Shown here piece after piece: positions 1 to 8,855 of a stretch of DNA of 64,000 bases. The translations under genes and the position numbers were made by a program. How positions within the stretch are numbered: the stretch's first letter is position 1; each line of letters begins with the position of its first letter. Below the pieces are notes generated by a model. It was not told the origin of the DNA and did no database searches. It saw only the letters and a program-made list of their open reading frames with translations. Origin of the DNA: an uncultured bacterium (GTDB taxonomy: Bacteria; Armatimonadota; DTGP01; CAYSAW01); assembly GCA_964429225.1 (NCBI GenBank), contig CAYSAW010000002.1, positions 33,293 through 97,292 of the forward strand, in the 5' to 3' direction.

Positions 1-2
1 TC

Positions 3-413
3 GTGTTTCATTCAGGTATAGACCGGATGATCGCAGGGGACATTGTTGCCCAGAGTTTAAAGTGGTTCAACGCGATTTCCGCTATCTTGGGGCTTTTCCT
101 CCTTCTTTCAGCCATAGCAGACCACTGGCTTGTCCCCTCCTGGCCTTTCGGAGGGAAAAAGCTGAACCTTTTCCGCATCATCCTCATCCTGGCTTTTCTC
201 TTCCTCCTTCTCTATCTATGGATAGGATTAACCCCCACGATGATGAGCCTCCGAGCTCAAAAGCGGTGGACCGAGTTTGATATTCTCCACCGGAGGTATG
301 TCAGCATTACCAACCTCCAACTGAGTATCGCAGTGGGCACAGCTCTGCTTACCGCAATGATTAACGCCTTGATTGCCCACCGATTGTCGGGGACCCAGGG
401 TCAGGGAAAATAG
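3..413 (+). CDS. Partial (5'-truncated by window edge) hydrophobic membrane protein, function unknown
   Basis: ORF runs from the window edge. It has several hydrophobic helices (LLLSAIADHWLV, ILILAFLFLLLYLWIGL). No recognisable family motif. Confidence 0.4.
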   Translation: MFHSGIDRMIAGDIVAQSLKWFNAISAILGLFLLLSAIADHWLVPSWPFGGKKLNLFRIILILAFLFLLLYLWIGLTPTMMSLRAQKRWTEFDILHRRYVSITNLQLSIAVGTALLTAMINALIAHRLSGTQGQGK

Positions 414-515
414 TTTCGATCAGCCCACTGGCACTTCCTTATAGTCAGAGAGAAGCTCTTAGCCGATCAAAACATCCTGAAGAAATCTAAGACTTTTTAA
501 AACAGGAGCTATCTT

Positions 516-1472
516 ATGGAAACCGTTCGTGTGGGTTTTATCGGTTGTGGAAGCTTTGCCAACACTATGCACTATCCCAACCTAGCAGAAATGCCTGGGG
601 TAGAACTCATAGCAGTGTGTGACCTGGAGGAAGAACGCCTCCGGAAAACGGCCGAGAAGTATCAAGTGCCTCACCGTTACACTCGCTACCAAGAAATGCT
701 GGAAAAAGAGGAGATGGACGCAGTCTACGTGGTGATGCCGCCTATGGGCCTCTTTCCCATTGTTATGGATGTTCTGGAGAGTGGACGGCCGGTCTTTATG
801 GAAAAACCTCCAGGAATGAACACAGAGGAAACCCGGGCTATGGCCGAGAAGGCCCGGCAAAAAGGGGTCTTTGGAATGGTCGGCTTCAACCGCCGATACT
901 CCGAGGTTTTTACCCAAGCCAAAGCCAAAGTCTTATCAGCCGGTCCTCCTAACCTAGCAGTCGCAGAATTTCATAAAAATATGCTCCGAACAGGCCCCTA
1001 TTATGGAATGAGTATCCTGCGGACCGATATTATTCATGTGGTTGATGCCCTACGCGACCTCCTGGGGGATCCGGTAGAAGTTTTCGCCTATGCAGACTAC
1101 TGTTACGCCGACTGGGCAAACAATTACAATGCCTTAATGCGTTTTAAGTCAGGTGCGGTGGGATACCTCACAGGGAATCGCTCTGCTGGCTCCCGCTATG
1201 AACGTTTTGAGTTTCACGGCCCTGGAGTATCCGCTTACATCCGGGCACCGGAAATCGCGGAGATCTACTACGACGGGCGGTCAGAACCTGAAATCTTGAG
1301 GCCCCAGAACCCAGACCCTCGAAAATCCTATGGCTACTGGACAGAGGATTTGCACTTCATTGAGTGCGTTCGGAGGAAACAACCTCCCCTAACTAACCTA
1401 GAGGATGCGGTTCTCACAATGGCTTTAGTGGACGCCATTGAAGGAGGAAAACACGCTGAAATTTCCCTTTAA
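516..1472 (+). CDS. Gfo/Idh/MocA family NAD(P)-dependent oxidoreductase
   Basis: N-terminal Rossmann motif VGFIGCGSFA. EKP motif (MEKPPGMN) typical of Gfo/Idh/MocA dehydrogenases. 318 aa. Confidence 0.85.
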   Translation: METVRVGFIGCGSFANTMHYPNLAEMPGVELIAVCDLEEERLRKTAEKYQVPHRYTRYQEMLEKEEMDAVYVVMPPMGLFPIVMDVLESGRPVFMEKPPGMNTEETRAMAEKARQKGVFGMVGFNRRYSEVFTQAKAKVLSAGPPNLAVAEFHKNMLRTGPYYGMSILRTDIIHVVDALRDLLGDPVEVFAYADYCYADWANNYNALMRFKSGAVGYLTGNRSAGSRYERFEFHGPGVSAYIRAPEIAEIYYDGRSEPEILRPQNPDPRKSYGYWTEDLHFIECVRRKQPPLTNLEDAVLTMALVDAIEGGKHAEISL

Positions 1473-1510
1473 GGAGGGGAGCCTCATCGAATCCTAGTAA
1501 TCGGTGGAAC

Positions 1511-2260
1511 TCAAAGGCTTGAGGTATCCCGATGGAGCTCCTCTAAAAGAGAGGAATAATCTTCGTAGGGAGTCTGGCAAGGAGGCCCCGGAGCAAAGAA
1601 ATATTTCCCTCGGAGGTCGGCTCCTAAGATAAGAAGGGTTGAAGAGACGGTGCCAAAACCTTCTTGATGGACACAGAAGGGAGTTCCTCCTTCCCCTTCC
1701 TGATGATCCCGGCAGAGTTGGACAAGAGCTTGATAGACCTCCCCGGCTGAAGCCCCCCGAAGTGCTTCTAACTCCCTCTTTCCTCTAGCCAAGTTCTTCT
1801 CAGACCAATCATTGGGTTTACCATTCGTCAAGGCTACTACTCCCCTAGGAATCTCCAACATTTCTTCTCCTTCAGGGGTATAACTGTAAACCCAGCACCC
1901 TTTCCAATCGGCGAGAACCAAGTTAAAATAGTTGTACCGTGTGGCCACCTTCTCAACCCATCGGAGGCACTCTTCGGCCTGGGTATACCGAAGGGCCTCC
2001 AAAACAAGACAACCCCGGGACTCTTTTAAGGGGTCCGGCGGGAGGGAAGTTCTCCGATTGGTCACCGCCACAAGAAGCCCTCGGCTATTAAGACCCAACC
2101 AGGTACCTCCCGCCACCAGGTCTTGCCCCCCAATCACCACCGGTTTCCGGGCTAACACTCGGGGTGAAGTAGAAGGACGATTCCACCTCTCATCCCGATT
2201 AGCGGCTACAATCCAAGGGTACCGGGGATGATAATGATGGAGCATTAAAAAAGTACACAT
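1511..2260 (-). CDS. NRDE family protein (DUF833/TANGO2-like)
   Basis: Starts MCTF..., then the hallmark AANRDE motif about 20 aa in. 249 aa, typical for this family. Confidence 0.75.
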   Translation of the reverse strand: MCTFLMLHHYHPRYPWIVAANRDERWNRPSTSPRVLARKPVVIGGQDLVAGGTWLGLNSRGLLVAVTNRRTSLPPDPLKESRGCLVLEALRYTQAEECLRWVEKVATRYNYFNLVLADWKGCWVYSYTPEGEEMLEIPRGVVALTNGKPNDWSEKNLARGKRELEALRGASAGEVYQALVQLCRDHQEGEGGTPFCVHQEGFGTVSSTLLILGADLRGKYFFAPGPPCQTPYEDYSSLLEELHRDTSSL

Positions 2261-2368
2261 TGGTTAAGCCTTAAAGAAACAATAATCCATCCTGTGAGGA
2301 GTTAGAATACCCCAAAGAGTCTTTTTGCAGAACCCACAAGAGCGAAAAGGCCATCTAAGATAGGAGAG

Positions 2369-3331
2369 TTGGAATGGATGATGAACCCTGCCTCCAATAG
2401 TATTCTCTCTGCTATCGGTCAGACTCCTCTTATTGCCCTGGATCGCCTCACTCAGGGGTTTCCGGGCCGAATTCTAGCCAAAGCGGAATATCTTAACCCT
2501 GGAGCCAGCATTAAGGATCGGATTGCCCTTAAAATTATTGAAGAAGCGGAGAAAAGCGGAAAGTTGAAACCCGGAGGTACTGTGGTGGAGCTGACCAGTG
2601 GTAATACAGGAATAGGGCTAGCCATCGTTTGTGCAGTTAAAGGTTATCGTTTGATCACCGTAATGTCTGCAGGAAATACCCCGGAGAGGGCCAAAATGTT
2701 AAGGGCTTTAGGAGCAGAGGTAGTCCTTGTGCCTCAAGCTCCTGGGTCACCTCCCGGACAGGTTTCAGGAGAGGACCTGGCCCGTGTAGAGGAGCGAACT
2801 CAGCAAATCGTTGAAGAAACAAAAGCTTTCCGAGCAGATCAATTTTATAATCCCCACAATCCCGAAGCCCAAGAACTAACCGGGGAGGAGATTTGGCAGC
2901 AGACTTCTGGTCAGTTGGACGCTTTTGTAGCGATAGTAGGAACTGGGGGGACTTTTATCGGCGTTTCTCGGGCTCTTAAACGGCACAAACCGGAGATTCA
3001 ATGCTTTGCGGTGGAGCCAGCTTCCGCACCCGTGTTAGCAGGCAAACCCATTATTAACCCCAACCATAAGATTCAGGGAGCCGGTTACTCGATGATCCCC
3101 CCTCTCTGGGATTCCTCCCTCTGTGATGGCTATCTCTCAGTAACCGATGAAGAAGCGATCACTATGGCCCGCCGTTTAGCCCGACAGGAGGGGATCTTTG
3201 CGGGTTTTAGCTCCGGAGCCAATGTTACAGCAAGCTTCCAACTCCTCCAACAGCACCCAGAGTGGAGGATTGCAACAGTCCTTCCGGATAGCGGGCTAAA
3301 GTATCTCTCCACTGATTTATGGGAAGGTTGA
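2369..3331 (+). CDS. cysK: Cysteine synthase / PLP-dependent beta-substituted alanine synthase (CysK/CysM family)
   Basis: PLP-lysine motif SIKDR. Glycine loop TSGNTGIGLA. 320 aa, typical fold-type II PLP enzyme length. Confidence 0.8.
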   Translation: MEWMMNPASNSILSAIGQTPLIALDRLTQGFPGRILAKAEYLNPGASIKDRIALKIIEEAEKSGKLKPGGTVVELTSGNTGIGLAIVCAVKGYRLITVMSAGNTPERAKMLRALGAEVVLVPQAPGSPPGQVSGEDLARVEERTQQIVEETKAFRADQFYNPHNPEAQELTGEEIWQQTSGQLDAFVAIVGTGGTFIGVSRALKRHKPEIQCFAVEPASAPVLAGKPIINPNHKIQGAGYSMIPPLWDSSLCDGYLSVTDEEAITMARRLARQEGIFAGFSSGANVTASFQLLQQHPEWRIATVLPDSGLKYLSTDLWEG

Positions 3332-3399
3332 GAAAGCTTTCACAAGAGAGGAGGTAAAAAGAAAAGCAAACATTACCTAGCTTTCTAAAGAAAAATTGC

Positions 3400-3675
3400 T
3401 TTGAGAACATTGGGAGATCCCTAGGACAGTACAGAACAGCAGGGTTTTGCTTTGTAGAAACTAGGAGGAGAACCTGTCCCCAAGCAAGGCCGATGAAGAA
3501 GGGGTGGGTCCCCTCTATCAAAGAGCAGTGTGAGAGGATGGGCATTCCTTTTTTCTTCAAGCAATGGGGAGGGACTCAAAAAGGGAGGGCTTTTAGAAAG
3601 GAAAGAGTACAACCCAAAGCCTGCCCTAGGGCCTTCTGCGGGTATACAGGCAAAGGCTTTTATTATAGATTATAG
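3400..3675 (+). pseudogene. 3' remnant of a DUF5131 (phage Gp37/Gp68-family) gene
   Basis: The stretch ARP...W...IKEQCERMGIPFFFKQWGG matches the conserved C-terminal signature of DUF5131 proteins (…QC..AGVPFFFKQWG). The upstream in-frame sequence lacks the rest of the domain. The ATG-initiated ORF 3493..3675 is only 60 aa. Confidence 0.4.
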
Positions 3676-3758
3676 CAAGTAAGGGTAAGTGCAATACACT
3701 GCGTCCCAATATCCCCTATCTTCTTCCTCCTCTGCAAGACTCTTTGTAAAATATAAGT

Positions 3759-4730
3759 GTGACACCAACGATTAAAGAAAAGTCTCCTCATCTCAGCCCT
3801 CCCACAGGAGCTCCACCTAGTCTAGGATGGCAAGGGATTACTGTATTCTTACCCGAGGACTGGGCCTTTTCTGCTTATTCCGGGGATTGGACCTCCGGAT
3901 ACCTACGAGCGGAAGGTCCCGAAGAGGTGGTGCTAGAAGTCAAATGGAATGAACAGAAAGGGGTTACCCATCTTCGCCGCATTCTGAAAGACTATTCCCG
4001 CCGAATGCACAAAATAGCCCGGCGTTCCTCGAAGGAGGTGCAGATCAAAGAAAAACCGAAAGCTCTTCAGGGACTGCGAAAGTCAGGAGTAGTTCCGATT
4101 ACCTTCTCCTGGGCCTCGGAACAAAACGCTTATGGCGCCCTTTGGCATTGTCCTCAATGTGATCGTATCGTCTTGGCTCAGGTTGTCGGGGCCTTGTCTC
4201 CCGAGAAGCTTGGCCCCCTGGCCTACAAAATCCTCCATTCCCTCCAGGACCACCCGGAAGGGGAGCTCGTGTGGTGGAGCGTATATGGATTTGCCTTTCA
4301 GGTACCGAAGAGCTATAAGTTAAATAAAGCCGATTTACGGTCCGGTTATCAATCTCTGGAATTCACCAATGGCTATCGCCAGCTTTGGCTCGACCGTTGG
4401 GGGCTAGCCGAAGTGATCTTGCGGAACACCTCCTTGAAAGAATGGTGGCCCAGGATTCTACAAAAGCGTTTAAAATCCTTCCGATGGGTTTTAGAGGACC
4501 GAGAAGTCAAGAAGGATAAAGGTCTCTTGGTCCTAGGCCAAAAACGCGGCCTGAGGTCTTGGGGGCGTCTGGTGCAACACCTCCTGCGTCGTCCGGGAAA
4601 GGACTATCTTCTTGGCTACGGATGGCATTGCCCATCCGGCAATCGCATCTATTCGGTGGTTTCCTTGGGGATGCAGGAGGAGAGTCGACTCTGTGTCGAA
4701 AGAATTCTCGAGTCGTTACGATGTCATTAG
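3759..4730 (+). CDS. Hypothetical protein with an internal two-fold repeat carrying a WHCP motif
   Basis: 323 aa with no family signature. Two similar segments: ALWHCPQCDRIVLAQVVG and YGWHCPSGNRIYSVVSLG. Its stop codon overlaps the start of the next gene (4721). Confidence 0.55.
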   Translation: MTPTIKEKSPHLSPPTGAPPSLGWQGITVFLPEDWAFSAYSGDWTSGYLRAEGPEEVVLEVKWNEQKGVTHLRRILKDYSRRMHKIARRSSKEVQIKEKPKALQGLRKSGVVPITFSWASEQNAYGALWHCPQCDRIVLAQVVGALSPEKLGPLAYKILHSLQDHPEGELVWWSVYGFAFQVPKSYKLNKADLRSGYQSLEFTNGYRQLWLDRWGLAEVILRNTSLKEWWPRILQKRLKSFRWVLEDREVKKDKGLLVLGQKRGLRSWGRLVQHLLRRPGKDYLLGYGWHCPSGNRIYSVVSLGMQEESRLCVERILESLRCH

Positions 4731-5194
4731 TAGAAGGCTTTCTTCGCTTTATAGGGTTTCCTGGCCTAAAAAAGAAACCGGAGCTCTCTCGAACAATGGT
4801 GCTTCGGGCCAGGCCTCTGCGAAACCCGTCAGTCCGATGGGAGGCAGAAGAGGGAGAAACCATTATTACGATCCCGTTGAAACCTAAAGGAAGAGGGGCA
4901 AAACTTCTGAGCCGTTTCTTCCCCAGCCCCGAGGAAAAGCAGATCGCTTTAGACGAAATTGGTAGTGAAGTTTGGGCTTTATGTGACGGACAAATAACCA
5001 TTGAACAAATTATCAAGAAAATCGCTGAAAAATATAAACTCAATCGGAAAGAAGCGGAGGCCTCCATTCTGGAGTACCTCCGGCAGCTGTCTCGGAAGAG
5101 GTTGATCATCGCTTTAGCCGACCCTCAAGAAGCAGAGGCTTTCTCTGCCTCTCAACCTTTAAAAAGAGGAAGCAAGAGAAAGGGAAAAAAATAA
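4721..5194 (+). CDS. PqqD-family protein (RiPP recognition element-like peptide chaperone)
   Basis: Core PqqD signature: RNPSVRWEAEEGETIITIP...LDEIGSEVWALCDGQITIEQIIKKIAEKYKL...EASILEYLRQL. The track ORF 4559..5194 overlaps the upstream gene. I placed the start at ATG 4721, which overlaps the upstream stop. Confidence 0.7.
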   Translation: MSLVEGFLRFIGFPGLKKKPELSRTMVLRARPLRNPSVRWEAEEGETIITIPLKPKGRGAKLLSRFFPSPEEKQIALDEIGSEVWALCDGQITIEQIIKKIAEKYKLNRKEAEASILEYLRQLSRKRLIIALADPQEAEAFSASQPLKRGSKRKGKK

Positions 5195-5216
5195 CCTTTA
5201 ACCTGAGAGGTAAACG

Positions 5217-5855
5217 ATGGCACGCGGAGAATTTACTGGGCGTGAACGCTTATTACAGCTCCCTTTTAAAACCGCCTTTCAGATTGCGATTAAGAGCATC
5301 GAGGTACGTTTCTGGAGGTCAATGATCACCGCTGCGGGGATATTCCTCGGCGTCACTTTCCTTTCAGCGGTTTTAACCAGTAGCGCGGCAATGGATCGAG
5401 TCATCGCCCTCTCGCCGATTCCTCCCGATAAGACTGCCATCGTATCCGCAAAGACCCGCAGTATGTGGCTGATCGCTATGTCCCTCATCGTTTCCGCAGT
5501 GGGCATCTCCAACTCGATGCTGATGTCGGTAACAGAGCGTTTTAAAGAAATTGGTACAATGAAATGTTTAGGCGCTTTAGATACTTTTGTCTATCGGTTG
5601 TTTATGATTGAAGCAGGGCTGTTAGGAATGATCGCCTCTGCCCTAGGATGGCTGTTAGGCTTTCTTCTGATGTTTTCGGTGTTCTGGATAAAGCATGGTT
5701 GGGAAGTAGTAGGAAGTATTGGTATCAGCGTCATCCTCAAAAACCTAGGAATTTGTCTTGGAGTAGGGATAGGACTTACCCTTTTAGCAACCTATTTCCC
5801 AGCCAAGCAAGCGGCTCGTCTTCCAGCAGCTGCCGCACTACGCACAGAGATTTAA
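5217..5855 (+). CDS. ABC transporter permease, FtsX-like (short form, 4 TM)
   Basis: 212 aa with four hydrophobic helices. FtsX-like motif region LMSVTERFKEIGTMKCLGA. Immediately upstream of an ABC ATPase. Confidence 0.75.
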   Translation: MARGEFTGRERLLQLPFKTAFQIAIKSIEVRFWRSMITAAGIFLGVTFLSAVLTSSAAMDRVIALSPIPPDKTAIVSAKTRSMWLIAMSLIVSAVGISNSMLMSVTERFKEIGTMKCLGALDTFVYRLFMIEAGLLGMIASALGWLLGFLLMFSVFWIKHGWEVVGSIGISVILKNLGICLGVGIGLTLLATYFPAKQAARLPAAAALRTEI

Positions 5856-5888
5856 GTCACTTTAAGGGTTTAAGGAGGCGTTAGGTAT

Positions 5889-6635
5889 ATGGCTGAAGTC
5901 TTCTCGGAATATATTGTACGCACCAAGGACTTAGTTAAAGAGTATGTAATGGGAAACACCGTTCTTCGGGCCTTGGACGGCATCCAGCTCGATGTACGCC
6001 GGGGAGAATATATCTCCCTAATGGGCCCCTCGGGGTCAGGAAAATCTACCCTCTTTAATATGATCGGAGGCCTCGACAAGCCGACCTCCGGATCAGTCTT
6101 TATCAACGAGGTAGACATCGCCCAGCTAGATGCTGCAGAGCTGGCCTACCTCCGTTGCCGGCAGATTGGGTATATCTTCCAAACCTTTAACCTTATCCCC
6201 GTTATGACCGCCTTGGAAAATGTTATGCTTCCGATGATCTTTGCCGGTGTTCCCACCGATGAGGGTACGGAACGAGCCATTAAATTGCTCGAAACAGTAG
6301 GATTAGGGGAACGTCTCCACCATAAGCCTTCGGAGCTCTCCGGTGGACAACAACAACGGGTAGCAGTTGCCAGGGCCTTGGCCAACGATCCCGCTATTAT
6401 CCTAGCAGATGAACCCACAGGTAACTTAGACCTCAAAACCGGCAAGGAGATCATTGAGCTCCTCCGACGAATGAATAAAGAACACGGGGTTACGATTATC
6501 TCAGCAACCCATGACTTGAAAATGATTGACGTCTCTGACAGGATTGTTCATATTCGAGACGGCCGGATTGAAAAGATCGAGAATCGAGCAGATATCGAGG
6601 TGCGCGTAGGAGAGATGGAGGAGCATCGTCGGTAG
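5889..6635 (+). CDS. ABC transporter ATP-binding protein (LolD/MacB/FtsE-like)
   Basis: Walker [13 protein letters not shown] signature [15 protein letters not shown]. Walker [13 protein letters not shown]-loop ATHD. Confidence 0.9.
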   Translation: MAEVFSEYIVRTKDLVKEYVMGNTVLRALDGIQLDVRRGEYISLMGPSGSGKSTLFNMIGGLDKPTSGSVFINEVDIAQLDAAELAYLRCRQIGYIFQTFNLIPVMTALENVMLPMIFAGVPTDEGTERAIKLLETVGLGERLHHKPSELSGGQQQRVAVARALANDPAIILADEPTGNLDLKTGKEIIELLRRMNKEHGVTIISATHDLKMIDVSDRIVHIRDGRIEKIENRADIEVRVGEMEEHRR

Positions 6636-6842
6636 GTACACCTCCCTCTTCTTGAGAGGGATATCCTCAGAATTGCTGTGAACCGCTTAGGCCCCAGGTA
6701 AGTACTGCTCTATAAGGGGCCCTTTTCTTTAGCAGAAAACCTCCGAAAAGCCGAAACTCAGTTTTACTCCCGCTGAGGGAGGAAAAAGCTGGAAGCGATC
6801 AAGAATATAGAATTAAGCAAAAACTATAATGCGGAGGGAACT

Positions 6843-7547
6843 ATGGCTCGAAGATACCAGAGAGGCTTTACCCTCATTGAGCTCTTGGTAGTGATTGCGA
6901 TCATAGCCATTTTGGCAGCCATTCTCTTCCCCGTCTTCGCCCGGGCCCGAGAAAAGGCTCGGCAGGCTCATTGCTTCAACAATATGAAGCAAATAGGGCT
7001 AGCGATGATGCAATATGTCGAGGATTGGGATGGTTATTTCCCCTCCCACGACGATGGAGACCGCTTCTTTGAGCAATTTCGCCTCCAGGTTTACGCCAAA
7101 AGTGAAACCTTGTGGATTTGCCCTAGTGACAACGCCCCTATCTCCGCCAACCGGTGGATTAAGGAAGGGGGAAGAATGGTTCAGCGAAGCTATATCTGGA
7201 CCTCAGAGGTCATCGGCTATAACCCTGGCACTGCAGGCCCCGACGGGCATATCGGAGAGGTTAATTTAACTGATATCCGGGAACCCTCAGAAACGATTGC
7301 TATGGCGGAGAAGAGAACAGGGGTGGCAGACTTCCATTTGGATTGGCCTCAAGATATCCTCCCTCCGATAACAGGTACGGATTCCCTAGAAAAGCGGAGG
7401 CATAACGGGGGCGCCAACTTCATCTTCGCCGATGGACACGTTAAATGGATGAAATTCTCTCAAACTTTTTTCCCCAAAAACCTATGGGTCCGGGATAAAG
7501 CCTTCTGGGCAACCCGGCTCCCCAAAAACCTCAAAATTATTGACTGA
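6843..7547 (+). CDS. Prepilin-type N-terminal cleavage/methylation domain protein with DUF1559 C-terminus
   Basis: N-terminus [27 protein letters not shown] (class III signal/pseudopilin motif). C-terminal [16 protein letters not shown] typical of DUF1559. Confidence 0.8.
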   Translation: MARRYQRGFTLIELLVVIAIIAILAAILFPVFARAREKARQAHCFNNMKQIGLAMMQYVEDWDGYFPSHDDGDRFFEQFRLQVYAKSETLWICPSDNAPISANRWIKEGGRMVQRSYIWTSEVIGYNPGTAGPDGHIGEVNLTDIREPSETIAMAEKRTGVADFHLDWPQDILPPITGTDSLEKRRHNGGANFIFADGHVKWMKFSQTFFPKNLWVRDKAFWATRLPKNLKIID

Positions 7548-7592
7548 TCTCCCCCAACCCTCCAACTTTAAAACCTACCAAGAAAAAGGATA

Positions 7593-7640
7593 AGGGTACA
7601 GGATTTGTAGTCCTGCACCCTTGTACTGATCCCCTTTGCA
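7593..7640. terminator. Candidate bidirectional intrinsic terminator between convergent genes (DUF1559 gene and rplL)
   Basis: Hairpin gggtacagga-tttgtag-tcctgcaccc: 10-bp stem with one mismatch. On the minus strand it is followed by a T-rich run (tcctttttcttggtaggtttt). Confidence 0.5.
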
Positions 7641-7654
7641 GGAGGGAAAGAGGG

Positions 7655-8053
7655 TTATTTAATTTCGACGGTAGCTCCCTGCTCCTCCAATTTGGCCTTA
7701 ATCTGCTCAGCCTCCTCCTTGGAGACACCCGTTTTAACAGGTTTAGGAGCAGTATCCACTAGCTCCTTTGCTTCTTTTAAGCCAAGATTGGTGATCTCAC
7801 GAACCACCTTGATGACCTGGATCTTCTTCTCTCCGGCGTTGGCCAGAATAACATCGAAGGTACTCTTCTCCTCAGCAGGGGGAGCTTCCGCTACCGCTCC
7901 TCCAGCAGGTGCTCCTGCAGGGGGAGCAGCAACAGCCACAGGAGCGGCTGCGGTTACCCCATACTTCTCCTGAAGCCCCTTCACAAACTCATTGAGTTCC
8001 AGGACTGTCCAAGAATCAATAGCTTCCAAGACTTCTTGGGGTGTAATGGGCAT
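7655..8053 (-). CDS. rplL: 50S ribosomal protein L7/L12
   Basis: [25 protein letters not shown]...Ala/Pro hinge...[24 protein letters not shown]...ATVEIK. AAGGAGG Shine-Dalgarno sequence upstream of the ATG at 8053. The track ORF extends further upstream to 8101, which I consider too long. Confidence 0.92.
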   Translation of the reverse strand: MPITPQEVLEAIDSWTVLELNEFVKGLQEKYGVTAAAPVAVAAPPAGAPAGGAVAEAPPAEEKSTFDVILANAGEKKIQVIKVVREITNLGLKEAKELVDTAPKPVKTGVSKEEAEQIKAKLEEQGATVEIK

Positions 8054-8127
8054 TTTTAACCTCCTTAGATTTAAGAATTGAGTGAAAGAAAGATCTCTCA
8101 AAGTTTCTTGCCAAGTCTGAAGAGAGT

Positions 8128-8676
8128 TTAACCCGAACTGGATTGAGCCTTCTTTTCAGCGATCGCTTGTAAGGTATAAACCAGCTGAAGCAGAATACCC
8201 TGAAGAGTTCCAATAAGGTTAACAAGGGGAGCTTGTAACCCTCCGACTAATTGAGCGAGGAGAACTTCCCTAGGCGGTATCCTGGTAAGAGCTTCCACTT
8301 CCTGGGGGCTAATCTCCCTCCCTTCGAGGATCCCTCCTTTAACTACACCTAGATTCACCTCAGAGAAGAAACCCGTCAGGACCTTGGCAGGTGAAATGGG
8401 ATCCTCAAAAGCGAAAACCACTGCTGTAGGGCCTTCAAGGCGGTCTTCCGAGAGAGAGATACCCAGGTTACGAGCGGCTATTCGCAGAAGGGTATTTTTC
8501 GTCACGTGGTATTCCGCTCCAACTTCCCGGAGACGCTGACGCAGATCAGTGACTTGGGTAACCGACAATCCCCGGTAGTCCGTTAGGAAAGCCGCCTTCG
8601 ATCGGCTAAGGTAATTTTCTATAAGCTGTTCCCATTCCACATTCCTAGGATTAGGTCTCGGCACCTTCCGCTTCAC
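8128..8676 (-). CDS. rplJ: 50S ribosomal protein L10
   Basis: L10 family sequence ([22 protein letters not shown]...). Sits between rplA and rplL, the conserved gene order. Confidence 0.9.
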   Translation of the reverse strand: MKRKVPRPNPRNVEWEQLIENYLSRSKAAFLTDYRGLSVTQVTDLRQRLREVGAEYHVTKNTLLRIAARNLGISLSEDRLEGPTAVVFAFEDPISPAKVLTGFFSEVNLGVVKGGILEGREISPQEVEALTRIPPREVLLAQLVGGLQAPLVNLIGTLQGILLQLVYTLQAIAEKKAQSSSG

Positions 8677-8855
8677 CCCCTTTCTTGTCCTCTTCTGAAC
8701 CCAAATAAAAAGCCGGGCCTCAGCCGAGGAGCTTCAGTCCGGCAAAAGGGGTCAACCCAAAGAATTTACCCCATTGAGTCAACCTCCTCCTCGGCAGGCG
8801 ATTCTCCTTTAAGCGACGATCTGCACCTGCTGTCTTCGGGGGAGCCGTACTCCGG
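8677..8855 (-). promoter_or_regulatory. Candidate rplJ (L10) leader / autoregulatory region
   Basis: About 180-nt untranslated spacer between rplA and rplJ. Many bacteria carry an L10(L12)4-binding leader structure here. I could not verify the structure by eye. Confidence 0.3.

Noticed and set aside
582-928. Antisense and shadow ORFs inside well-supported genes (e.g. 582..917, 725..928, 7692..7973, 9021..9230, 17230..17649, 42078..42404, 43518..44165).
   Set aside because: They lie opposite to or overlap strongly supported CDSs. They have biased, low-complexity translations typical of out-of-frame reading of coding DNA.
4559-4720. The N-terminal 54 codons of track ORF 4559..5194, which overlap the 3' end of the upstream 323-aa gene.
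   Set aside because: The PqqD-like domain starts well downstream, and an in-frame ATG at 4721 overlaps the upstream stop (ATGTCATTAG) in a typical translational-coupling arrangement. The long overlap is therefore unlikely to be translated.
3759-6635. Lasso-peptide or PQQ biosynthesis cluster interpretation of the PqqD-like gene neighbourhood.
   Set aside because: No asparagine-synthetase-like cyclase (C), transglutaminase-like protease (B2), radical SAM PqqE or PqqB/C homolog is present. Only the RRE and an exporter, so it is reported as an orphan RRE system instead.
6636-6700. Short hairpin tccctct-tcttg-agaggga after the ABC ATPase gene as a terminator.
   Set aside because: Only a 7-bp stem and no following T-tract. 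Too weak to call.
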